A DNA stretch of 64,000 nt from Psammoneis japonica. Its lineage: Eukaryota. Made by a program: the position numbers and the translations under genes. Within the stretch, counting starts at the first letter, position 1. Every line of letters starts with the position of its first letter. The notes beneath the pieces are model-generated. The model had not been told where the DNA came from. It saw only the letters and a list, made by a program, of their open reading frames with translations, and did not search any database. Of this stretch, positions 53,750-64,000 are shown in pieces. The stretch spans positions 558,001 through 622,000 of the forward strand of contig QPGO01000017.1 in the NCBI GenBank assembly GCA_008632985.1, read 5' to 3'.

Positions 53750-56015
53750 ATGGAGCCGGTGACAGTGTCTTCATTGAAAGATGATCCAAGGAGGTGGGGA
53801 GAAAATGATGTGTGCGTTTGCAGCTGGGGTGATGCACACCATGAGATTCAGAAACAATTTTGTGCTCTTGCCATTGCTGGAGAGTGTGAACCTCACGCTG
53901 GTTGGTGCAAGCGACTGCAGCTTTTGGGAGACTCAGAGAAACAGTTGAAATGGAGAGGTGCTGTGCTGTTGAACCTTGGCACATCTGAAGATTTGGTTGC
54001 CAACATGGAATCGGTCCCGGCAGCGAGACAGCATTGGACGGCTAGACAGTTGGAGTTTTTTGACAAAGGCAAGAAAGCATTCACGCCCCTCCCTGCAACA
54101 GAAATGAAGGCACTTGCTGTCACCTTTGACCAGCAGTTTAGCATTGCAAAGAAAGGAAAGAAACACTGTTTTCATTGCCCCAACGTGTCAAAGGAATCAC
54201 TTCTTGCCGAGACAGCAAGGTCGCCGCGCGATTGCCACAAGGAAGCACGTGATGAGCAAGTGGCATTTGCAAAGCTTGGCAATTGTCATCAGGCTTTCAA
54301 GGAGCAACACACTTTCTGATTTTGTCAATGAAAATGAAGGCTCCAACAAGGAAAATGACAAACCAGCACCGGTGACACCAAATGCATCATTGCAGGGAAA
54401 GGATTTTGCAGTGTCAAATGAAGCTCAGGCCAAGGTGAAGTGCCTGAAGGGAAGCAAGCGGACAGCAAGCTGCAGGAAGCGCAAAGCCAGCAATCCTCCT
54501 CCTCCTTCTGAACCTTCATTTGTTGCTGATGAGGTGGAAGATTTCTTGACAAATTTTCTTGACAGCAACTCGGCGTGTTGGCACCAGCTGACGTCAAGAG
54601 AATGGCATGCCAACAATCCCGAAGCAGCCAAGGACTTGTTTGGATTTCAGTCTCTTGATGAGGCAAAGCGGTGCATGTCTGCATTCTTTGCCGATGTGCC
54701 TGTGCATGTTCCAACAATCAAGTTTGTTGCCAAAGAGAAGAAGCTCATGTACGACCCACCGGATCCCACTGCGTTTGAACAGGTGCTAATTGCGAAATGC
54801 TTTGTGCACCACTGTCCAGTCGGAAAGACAACGGGATGGGTTTTTGGGGTGGTTCCGACTGCAGCGTTGAAGCATCTGAACAAGTGGGCCCCATGTTGGG
54901 GCAAGCATGGCGAGTTTCTTTCTATCTTGCCGACACCTCCCGACCATTTTGACAAGGAGCTGCTGGATGAATTTGTTGAGCAGAATCTTGACAAAACTGC
55001 TGTGTTGCTGGATGGCAAGGACACACCAACAGACACCATGCGGAAGGATGATGCAGCACATCGTAAACAAAACAGCAACAAGATGGGCTGCTCTGCATTT
55101 CATTTTATGAATTTTGCATCAGCGTGCACATTGTCGCATGAGCACACAAGGGCGCATGGGGCTTGAGTTGATGAGAAATGTCTTGTGGAGGCAATCGGTT
55201 CATGCCAAAAGGAGAAAGCTCCCATTCATGAGTGGAAAGACCATGCCAAAGAAAACAAGGTTCAAAAAGAGCTCAGGCACTGGATGGTGCGGGATGACTT
55301 GGTGGTGGGGAAGGAGCTGGAGGAAGCAGTGGTGGCGACAGATTCCCACAAGGCTCAGGAGACGGATGATGCAAACAACAGATGGGCCAGTTCTAGAGTT
55401 GTTGAGTTTTCAGATTTTGATTTTGGGCCCAAGAGTGATGACAGCAGCAGTGAGAGTGACCAGAGTGGCCCCAGCAACACCGACTACAATTCGGACTCGG
55501 AAAGCATCGCAACGGCCGCCTCCTCCGCTGCAGATGATCTCAATCCGAAAGATTGTCAACACATTGTGGATCACATTGACAAGTGGTTCAATGAGTGGCT
55601 GGAAATTGTTTGCATGGATGGAAAGCTGTGTGAAGCTGGCTTGGACAAGGTCACGCCAATGCTGAGCAAGAATTGCAACCAAATGAAGGCCATGAGCAAG
55701 AAGGCGCTGCATTTGTTGCCCCAGAACTCTCCGGAGAAATTGCTGCAGCAACTTGAGCTGTTTGAGAGACTGCACAAGTTGCATGACCAAAACACAATTA
55801 AAAGGTGCATCCTGAGTGCACACTTGGAAATGATGAAAGAGCTCCAGTGGGATTTGTCATGCTGGCTTGGCAGCGAGTTGAAACCAGGAGGTCGCGTTTT
55901 GGACAACAATGGCGAGGCTCCCAGGGATGCATTTTTGCGCCTGTGCAAGATGCCACCAAATGAAGATGGTCTTGGAGACAAGGGGTTTGAGAAAACAGAT
56001 GTTTGTTTTGACTGA
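53750..56015 (+). mobile_element. PIF/Harbinger-ISL2EU-like (DDE_Tnp_4) transposase pseudogene, 3'-truncated
   Basis: HTH-like TAFEQVLIAKCF...VFGV, then VLLDGKD...KQNSNKM...HEHTRAHGA*VDE and LGDKGF; stops and frameshifts. Confidence 0.65.
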
Positions 56016-56215
56016 AGAGCGGTCAATGAGCTCTTTGGCGGATGTGTTGGATCCGACATCACACACTGTGCCGCAACATCCTTGTGACAGTTCTTGTGCA
56101 GCCAAACTGAAATGTTGACCCCAAGTCTCTTTCCTTGGGCGTCACTGAAGGGAATGGAGGGTTGAGCATTGACAGGGCCAAGCGTCTTGAGCCACAGACC
56201 TCCGACACCCATCAT
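56012..56215 (-). pseudogene. N-terminal fragment of an XPG/FEN1/Exo1-family nuclease
   Basis: MGVGGLWLKTLGP...GKRLGVNISVWLH fits the XPG_N pattern MG(V/I).GL...GK...(V/I)D.S.WL. Confidence 0.65.
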
Positions 56216-56949
56216 GCGTGATGAGTTGTGTCATGGTCGCTGCGTTGCAAATCTTGTGTGAAGCAAGGAAAAAATCGGCAATTTTTTCATGTTCATGGCC
56301 GATTGAAGGCAAAGGGAAAAAAGGAGGGGATTCCAACAGTTGAACACACACACACAATTTGACCATCATCAGAGGCCGCAATGTGGTGTTGTTCACTTTC
56401 CTTTGGAAAAATCGGAACATTTGATTTAATGAAAGCATGGCATTGTCAGTTAAGTTCAATTTCAAATGCAATGGTCAACTTGAATTTGTTGTCACCTTTT
56501 TATGTCTGCAATTGTCGCCGTTTTCTTTTGAATTAAATTCGCCAAAGACTGTCAACACATCTTTTGTTGTTGAACAATGCATTTTGTGTTGATTGGTTTT
56601 TCACATGTTTGTTGAAACGTTAACTTTGACAGTGCTTTTCAACAGCTCCACCGCAGTCTTGCATCACCACAGACAATGGCATTTCTTGCACACCCAAGTC
56701 GGCCACGTGATCACCTGGCTCATCATTTCCACCTGCACCCACCAGTTTTCCAGTCAGCAGCTCCCTGCCTGCCTTTTGGCACCCACTCCACATGCGCAAT
56801 TCTCCACCCATTTCATGACAGCACACCCTCTCCCCAAAAAGCATTTGACAAGAGGGTGTGCTGTTGTGATTCCTGCACATTCTACGTGAATCGGCATCTG
56901 ACTGTTGGCCATGGCGTCTAACGACTTTACCCCGTCTCACGATGCATGG

Positions 56950-59900
56950 ATCGTTGGGTCGATGCATCTTTCATTTGGGATCTTTTTCTGGTGTTGTTAT
57001 GAAGAGGTTGACACATTGGTTTGGTTTTCTGGGGGGATTTGGTTTTGACACACGGTGCAAACGGTGACGTGCCTTGACTCGTGACTCGATTGCTGCAGTG
57101 CACGTGTAAACACATGAATGGTCGACAATGTCGCGACGGCAAGTTCTCTTTGTGTTTTCTCAATTTACATCGTTTTCCTGTTCACTGAAGATCATTGTTG
57201 TTTTTTGTTACAGCATGTAAGGTCGATTGATCGTCTCGTACGGTCGATTGTTGCATCTGTGATGTTGGTGTCTTTCTCATGGCGTTTGCACCACCACAGC
57301 ATGTCCGTTTGGGAGCCTCATGCTTCATCTCACTCTTTGTCCTTTGGTGCATCTATTTGCACCATTTGTTTGCACTCGTGACGAGCTTGGTGTGTTTTTG
57401 GATGTCTTGGTCGGCTCGCAATTACAGCATGTCGTTTTTCGGCGACAACAATTTCTTGACAGTGCACACCTTCAGAATGAAACGATGCGAATGAGCATCG
57501 AGGACACCTGTGGCGCTGACATTTGTCGTGCACTCGCACCATAAACCAAAGTAGCTATGGCTGTGAGCATGTTGTGATTGTTTGAGTTTTGAACTCGTTT
57601 TGACGAAACTCGCATGCCTCGCTAGTGTTTTTTGGTGTGTCCACTTCAAAGTGCAGGCATGTGGTCTATGACAACCCTTTCTTCCTGCTCTGCAAAGGCA
57701 TTGTCATCACCATCTAAGACATTATGTTGCCCACGCTATTTTGGGAGATCTTGGCAGTGTGACGACTTGTCTGGGCTTTGCAATGGGTGAAATGGGGAGG
57801 TGGAGGCTTGCATGGCCGGGCTCCTCGCCTGCTCTTGCATGCGTTGACACAGCGAACCGCTGGTGGCACTTGGCGCCAGGAAATTTGGCAGGGCGACTCA
57901 GAACTGACTGTGAAAGGTGCCCCAGTGAGCACACTGTGACATGCAACCCCAATGGATTGTTGTTGTGTACGTTGTTCCACTCACATTTTCATTTTGCATG
58001 TCACTTTCCAGTGTGACTGTCGTTGACCGTTAAAGCTTGCAGTGGCATTTCCAGGCCCACATTCTACATGATCAACATGTTTTGATGCTCTTTGCTCACA
58101 TGGGGAAATCAGATCCTGGAGTGCTCAGTTCCTAGTTGGATCTAGATTAGAGATGTGTGGCTGTTTGATGAAATGTGGGATGGAGTGTGGGCGCAAGCTC
58201 TGTTGCTTCTGGATGGCACGCACCACATGCGCACTGTAGAGTGTGTGTGTGCACCATTTCAAATGATGCTTGCCGATCTGCCATTCAATGCACAGGAAAG
58301 ACATTTCTCTAGCAGAAGTGGGGAGCACGGTGCCGGCAGTGCGTGAAAAGAAACACAGTGATGAAGACGGTGCCGGCCTGAGCACAGAAGTCTAAAGAAT
58401 GTGACCATCTCAAGATCCTCATGCCATCCTTTCTGTTGTGACTTGATTTGCTCTTTCATGTCTCGATCGATTTCCTTGGATGGACATGAGGAATGGAGAG
58501 CATTGTTGATGTGCTTTGATTCGGTGAGCTTGGAGCACTTTAGATGCTCATCGTCTCGCACTCCAAAATTTGCATTGGCACCTGAATTCTTTCCCGACCT
58601 AGCGGGTGTGCAGAAGTGACACAATCCACAGGCACCTTCCTTCATGCGATGATCTCCAGTGCACTTCTCAGACTCTGCCTTTGGTTGGAGCAACAAGGAT
58701 GTAGCACCACTCCAAAACTCAATGTTTGGGAGGACATGGCCGCGGCTGACCATCATGGCCACCATCAGCGGTAGATTCTGTTCTGCCCATTGGAGTGTCC
58801 AGTGGTTGCGTGAGTGTCACAGTTCTTGAGTCGCTGACGTTTGTGTGTCTTGAGTCGTTGCATCAGAATCGGAACCAACTGAGCGGTTTGTTGCATTTGC
58901 TCCGGACCAAAAGACATGAAATCGTCTGCAACCTTGACTGCACTTGCTTGCCACATCGGATTCTCACAGAGAGGATGCCCAACCTCATGGTCAGCAGGAT
59001 CAACTGGAAGGACAGGAGCAGGAGCTGTGGTCTCACTGGGCAGTTCCTTTTTTTCACAAATGACAGGAAGGCGCCGAGCCTTGTAACGTGAGTGGATGAG
59101 CTTATGAACGAGTGAAGTCGGTGGGGAATGGAACCGCCTGCCGGAGTTTTCGTCATTCTCAGATTCATCCCTTGCCTCCGCCAACATGCCTTTGTTTGCA
59201 CAAAACTTTGACGGCTTGTCTTTCATTGATCGGAAGAAGCGTGCATTCACAAATGACTGCAACTGTGAAACGGCAAGTTTTGCGTACATGTCGATCAATG
59301 CCTGTGCCACAATTGGTCTGTCTGACTCATCCATAAGTTGAAGACTCTCGTCGCTGCTCATCATGTCCAGCATTTTAGATTCCGCTGCCACAGCTTCATC
59401 ATGTGCTTTGTTGTGCGCTGCAATTTCACGGACAAGTTTTGCCTGCTTCTCGGCCCGCAGGCAATCCTGTCGTTCCTTCCGGGCTGCCCTTTGACCAGCA
59501 GAGTTAAGAAGTTTGGCATGCTGCAGGGGTTCTTGTGAAACACCGGCATCACACCGGTGTGGGATCACGGTCCTTGGGGAACTCGAGTTCATCAAAAACT
59601 GTTTCGGGGATGTGACCCCCGTTGTCATCCCACGCTTTCATCAAGGTGGGGAAGGATCGGAGGCAAAGATCGCATTCTTCTTGGGAGACTTGCCGTTTGA
59701 CAGCAGACATGACGGATTCAAAATCAGGACAACACAGAGTTTTCTGGTCAATGACACCAGAGACCACGAATCCCTTCAGAATCTTCTTCCATTGTAACGA
59801 CTGAGTCAGGATTGACGGAAGCTTGGTGAGCAAGTCGACGATTGTATCCTTGTCCTTTCCAAGCTGAAGGGGAGTCTTTTCCAGGGCTCTTGTAGCCTCC

Positions 59901-60010
59901 AACTTGTTTGTGTGAGCATGGACGTCTAACTCTGTGGTGGTGGCTTGTTTCTTCAGGACAGATTTTGCAGCGCTGAAGACATCACAGAAGCAATTGAGTG
60001 CATGCACGCC
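56950..60010 (-). mobile_element. Inverted, TpA-depleted copy of the 22860-25910 element with ~0.8 kb extra 5' coding sequence and a deletion equivalent to ~23980-24460
   Basis: ORFs 58765-59628 and 58259-58765 align with 23188-24231; non-coding homology extends to ~25910. Confidence 0.8.
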
Positions 60011-60830
60011 AGCACAGGCATGTTCTCAATTCACAATGACCTGGACTGGTTGAAAAGCATCGTCAACCATGGGATTGATGCTCACCAGCACCCGGAGCAT
60101 TGGGACCACGTCGCGACTCACCAAGACAGGCAAGGAAGGATGTGCTGCATCTGCAGCACTTGGCACGACAAAGGAGAGAAAGAACTGAGGGATCAATTTG
60201 CAGTGGGTGCGTGTGATGACACAAAACCAGTCATTGACAGGGGAGACGTTTCGAGATTGAGACGGAATTCGAGCGTCAGCTTGCCAAACCTGTGGCATGG
60301 ACGAGACTGGCACTTGCGGACCGTTGGGAGAAACATCAGCAAGGGGAGGCACTTGCGGACTGGTGATGGACAAGAAGGGCATTGTTTGCGATGCATTAAA
60401 ACTGGCGAAGTGGTTCCAGGGTGACATCGTGCAAGACAACCATGAAAGACTTTGGTTCTGTGAGCAAATGGAGTTCTTCAGGTTGTCTCCAGGGAAAGTC
60501 AATGAATGGATGCTGGACATTGTCCGAAGGAGGATGGTGAGCGGGAAAAATTTCAAAGCAGGAGAAAGGAAAAGTGTTGGGTGGAGAGACATCGTCGTGT
60601 TGAAGTTAACGAATTCGTGAGAATGGTCGGAGTGGAGACAAGGGCTTTCACCCACATGACTGACTGTTCCGACAGCGGGCGACACATCAGGTTTAGAGTT
60701 ACGAAGTTAGAGGGTGATGACGAGTTGGACCAGAAAAAACGATTTGGCGCCAAAAAGGATGGATGTGCTTGGGCCCCAACAGCAAACCGGAGTGACGTTA
60801 AAGCAGGTGAGGGGTGTGTTCATTGCAGCT
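60010..60830 (+). pseudogene. Degenerate unknown ORF, probably TE-borne
   Basis: Frameshifted, protein-like frames 59945-60424, 60297-60620 and 60506-60832; TpA-depleted. Confidence 0.3.
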
Positions 60831-61163
60831 AAAACAACTTCCACAGGTGCATGTTTCACAATGATGTTTTGAACAAAATGCTTTTGCAAGCAATTTACAC
60901 TGTGGAAGTGGATTTCGAAATTGCAGCAAAAGAGAGGTTTGAACTGGAATTCGCAATGATTCAAAATTTTCACAAGACAACAAGGAGTGGTAAAATGGAC
61001 AAATTGTGTGCACATTTAAAGATTTGGTTGATTCTCCATTGTGTTGCATTTGAGAAAAAGGAATCATTGTTGGCAACTGTGAGATTTTTAGTGTCAAAGA
61101 GAGGTTTGAAAATTTCCCAACGACGAAAATCACTGGGGACACAAGGCCTGGAGCCAACCACAA

Positions 61164-62395
61164 TTGGCGACAGTGGCACAGGCAATGGCCAGGAAGAAGA
61201 GGAAAGAAGATCAACCGACAAGCCCAAGGCCAGCCACAGGGTTGGTGCGGGTGGGAGCCACTGGGGATCACCAGTCTACAAAGAGAGAGGTGGAAGAGGT
61301 GGCTCGGAAGGAACTTTTCCCAAAGGCAAAATTCCTTGTCAAGGCGGACATGGCAAGCAGTGGCAAAGTGTCGCGGCTCATCAGGAAAAAGACAGCCGGA
61401 GGCAATTGCAGCAAGCAAGACTGGGCGGGAGCGTGGGAAGACTGGGCAAAGAAGTGCGTCATGCATGCAATTAACGTGAAAAGGAGCACGGTCACTCAGG
61501 CGATCAAGAACAATGCAGCGGCTGGCAAGTGTTTTGTGGTGCACGGCATGTTGAGTGCAGTTGCACTTGACACAGCTGCACCTTTATTTGCTGAAGTCGT
61601 GTTGACAGAGAATGAAGCAGAGGAGACACACAGTCAGAAGGAGCCGGCAGCAAAGGGCAGACGTGGGAAGAAGAGCAAGAAGAGGAAGAAAAACAATTGC
61701 ACGGAAGAGGAAGAGCCATTCCTGGCAACTTGGGGTGAGGAGACAGTGACAACGATTGTGGAGGACAAGCGCAAGAACAAGGAAGCACATGCTTGGTTCT
61801 ATGAAAACATCCTGAAATTCACAAAGAGCACCACCACATGGAGAAGGAAGGTGGAGTCGGGTGAGACGAAGGCAACTGGTCTGGCTGCAGCAAGCGACGA
61901 GGCTCCAGCACTGTTGACATTGGAAAACTGCTGGAAGAGTTGGGAGCACAAGGCACGTCATGACAAGACTGTTGCAGCAGGGGGAGGTTCGGACAAAGAA
62001 GATGAGGAAGAGTCGGAACCAACACCCAAGCACATGGACCCGTCGAGGCAATGAGACTCCTGGAAGGATGCAGGGATCAAGCGATTCAACGAACTGCTTG
62101 CGGAAGTAAAGAAAGACAGGTTGAGTGAGGAGGGCATGCAGTTCAACACATGGCACAGCAAAGGCAAGAAAAGGAAGAGTGACGAAAGAGGCAAGGGATC
62201 AAAAAGAAAGAAAAAGCCCCGGTGGAGGAGGCAAGAACACAGGCAATGACAGAGCTTTCAAGTGACAACAAGGAGAAGGAGGAAGAGGCAATGGACGAGA
62301 ACAGAGGAGACGAGGACAGCGAGGAAGAGGAGGACGAAAGTGATGCGGGCAGCAACACGAATGTAGATGCAGAGGTTGAGCGAGCTGCGGTGTGA
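61164..62395 (+). pseudogene. TE-associated protein with SDEA.ALL.LEN.W motif and acidic tail; in-frame TGA at 62052-62054
   Basis: 296-aa ORF continues after the stop as DSWKDAGIKRFNELLAEVKKDR; paralog at ~30 kb. Confidence 0.55.
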
Positions 62396-62829
62396 AAAGG
62401 CAGCGGAGGCTTTTGTGAGTGTGACAATGGAAAGAGGACAAGCAATGTAGCAGGTTTCAATGCCAACAGTTGCAAGGTTTAATGAAGCATTTTAGGAATC
62501 ATTGGTTTGTGATCTAACCTTTCGTTTGACAACCAGTGCAAGCAATGGAACCAGTGCACACAACAAAAGGTTCTTAAACCAATGCAACGCAAAGATTGGC
62601 ATTAATTTGTCATTGGCCAAAACATTGTGAACATTGCTTTCAAAAGGTAAAAAGTGACGGAATTCTGACAGTTGAGGGAGGGGTCCCACAGGCAAAGGAG
62701 GGGTCCCATGGTGAAAAATGGTGCACTGTGATGTGTGACAAAAAATCACGTTCTACACAACTCTCTCAAAAGGATGGTTGTGTGTTTTGCACATGCAATG
62801 GCATTAAAAATCACCTGTAAGAAGGGTGG

Positions 62830-64000
62830 TCAGGATCACCATGTTTCGCGCTCTGATGATGCAACCAGGGCCAGAGTTGCACTGGCTTCTTTTGGTCCAG
62901 GTTGGTTGCTGCAGGTGCAAAGAGTGGGGCACATTGCAGCTGCAGGAGGGTGACAATGTGACTCTGAGTGTGTGCTGCCAAGCTGAGAATTCCAGCTTGG
63001 TTGTGAGTGCCAAGCCCTGCCAGGCCAGCTGCCCTGGCTCAAGCTGCTCCTCCCAGTGTGTGCGTCAATTGTTGAAGGAGCACCACATTGACTCAAAGGC
63101 TGTGTTTTTGGTGGAACACAGAGGGAAAAAAATGTTGTCTTGACTGGTGCTTGCTTCAGACCCTGCATCATGAGCACAAGCTCCTCTTGAGAAATGAGCA
63201 AGGGATGCTTCACACAGTCATTTTTGGTGCCTCACTTTGGTTGCTCACTTGGCATTGCCAACAAACTCTTGAACCCCACCTCACTCACAGTTTCTTCACT
63301 CTTCAACCACAAAAGCAGGCTCAACTTTTTGTTGGCTTCTTTGTGGCCGGGGGTCACTGTTGCAGGCACAGGTGGTGGGCACATTGCCCCACGTGGGTGG
63401 CTCTGCTTGGCAACAATGTGATGCCAAGCAAGCATGTGCTGCACACCAAGGAGCCAAGCAGCCCAGCTCAGCTTTGAATGGAGCCCCAGGACAGCAGCAA
63501 GCTCTGGGTGCTCCCAGAATGGCTTGCTTGCTCAAGCTGTGCTGCATTCACCCCACAATGCTCTGTGTTGTGGTGGCTTCTTACAAGCCGTGAGGAATCT
63601 GCAGTTGGCCAGGGGCCCATTTTGTGAAGGCCACACATGTTGTGTGAGGGGCCAGATGCAGGGATCTGCAACAATGGCTTTGTGGCTGTTGGTGCCAACT
63701 TGGCATTTGATTGGGAGCCAGTGCTGAGGGGCTGTGAAGTGTGGGGTCAGGAGCCCAGCCAGCTCACACTCTCTTGTTGTCACAAAGTGCTGTCACAGCT
63801 GTCTTTGCATTGCAACCAGCCAGGTGCAGTTGGTCCCAAGCTGGCATTTGATTTGGAATGACTGCCAAGGAACTGCAAAGTGTGGGGTTGGGCAGTCCAG
63901 CCAGCTCGCACTCTTTGCGGACAGCAGAAAGTGCTGTTGCACACCTGTCATTGCACTGCCTGTGGCGCCAGCCAGGCACACATGGCCAGAGCAGCCTTGG
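62830..64000. mobile_element. Heavily degenerated repeat containing a ~141 bp-period duplication (~63689-63780 and ~63830-63920)
   Basis: TpA and CpG nearly absent; tggcatttgatt...aagtgtggggt...cagccagctc.cactct occurs twice. Confidence 0.45.

Overview
Eukaryotic nuclear DNA, most likely a diatom (short ~80-120 bp GT-AG introns, diatom-type Copia motifs). Bases 1-17.3 kb are a compact block of ordinary genes: SFT2-like, ABHD13/Bem46, RAD51C, ADP-ribosylglycohydrolase, NOP56, THOC3-like, YnfA/UPF0060 and a PSP1-domain protein. From ~17.67 kb to the end is a graveyard of transposons and duplications: Copia elements, a Harbinger/ISL2EU-like transposase facing an XPG-like nuclease fragment, an RLE-type non-LTR fragment, a kinase pseudogene and a segmental duplication. 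It contains one intact host gene, LSm5. The main observation is the mutation pattern in this domain. Besides ordinary CpG decay, TpA has been almost erased by TpA->TpG/CpA transitions (A:T->G:C). This shows directly in paired copies inside the window, where Tyr codons become Cys or His. It appears to prefer 5'-TAY-3', is uncoupled from CpG loss in places, and stops at sharp boundaries. It is the opposite polarity to fungal RIP and looks like a repeat/heterochromatin-targeted adenine hypermutation process. All counts are by eye, no searches were run, and novelty needs a literature check.
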